Shown here in pieces: positions 63,573-64,000 of a stretch of DNA of 64,000 bases. The notes below the pieces were generated by a model. The model was not told where the DNA came from, did not search any database, and was given only the letters and a program-made list of their open reading frames with translations. The position numbers and the translations under genes are program-made. Origin of the DNA: Lama guanicoe. Lineage: Eukaryota. Position 1 is the first letter of the stretch, and each line of letters begins with the position of its first letter. The DNA lies in contig MU053365.1 of the NCBI GenBank assembly GCA_013239625.1, forward strand, positions 1,832,115-1,896,114, written 5' to 3'.

Positions 63573-64000
63573 AATTCTAAACTCCAATCATTTTTTCCAA
63601 GCCTATTTTAACTGTTTTGTTTACTTTTTTCTATTAAGGATTTTCCATTTTGAAAGCATCAGAAAACCATCTTTTCTATGTAGAAGGCGGGATTATAGTC
63701 TTTTAATGGTTATCTCCAAAAGGAAGGACTGGTAATTGCATACCTAAAGAATTGGTTGATAATTACCAGCTGCTTGGCCATTTTAAATTTACACATTTAC
63801 AGTAAGCTTTTCTCTTAACTCTGAAATTTTTTACTGAAAATCCATTTTCAAGCCATTTTTCCATGGAGAAATATTTACTACTGACACTATCACTAGAGCA
63901 TCTTAAATTAAGATGGTGAAAGAGTTTGAGTGGCATCACTTCTTTTAGGATGCTGCAACTAAACACGAAACCATTCTTGGTTCTATAGTAGGTTTCTGAG

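Noticed and set aside
1..64000. A novel multi-gene system, CRISPR array or operon
   Set aside because: The DNA is mammalian and repeat-rich. No ORF exceeds 130 aa, and there is no regularly spaced repeat-spacer array or gene-dense organisation.

Overview
This window is AT-rich, CpG-poor mammalian genomic DNA, intergenic or deep intronic. It is most likely from a camelid, judged from the tRNA-derived SINEs beginning GGGGAGGGTATAGCTCA and the L1 3' ends ending GACACAACATTGTAAAATGATTATAAATCAATAAAAAATG. I can support no intact protein-coding gene, RNA gene, CRISPR array or other prokaryote-type system. Every ORF with recognisable homology is a decayed LINE-1 fragment; the rest look like chance ORFs. 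The window is a layered fossil record of transposons (L1 of several ages, L2, L3/CR1, MIR, camelid SINEs, ERV1 internal pieces, solo LTRs, MaLR/ERVL LTRs, hAT remnants). Between them are repeat-free islands rich in transcription-factor motifs that look like distal enhancers. I did not find a new biological system. The best leads are: (1) an ERV LTR fragment apparently inserted by L1 machinery rather than by integrase; (2) a SINE carrying an apparent 3' transduction; (3) a motif-dense candidate conserved element at about 21.1-21.6 kb; (4) a dispersed 42-bp duplicated AP-1 module. Repeat family names come from recognition of consensus-like motifs, not from a database search, and the boundaries of old repeats are approximate.
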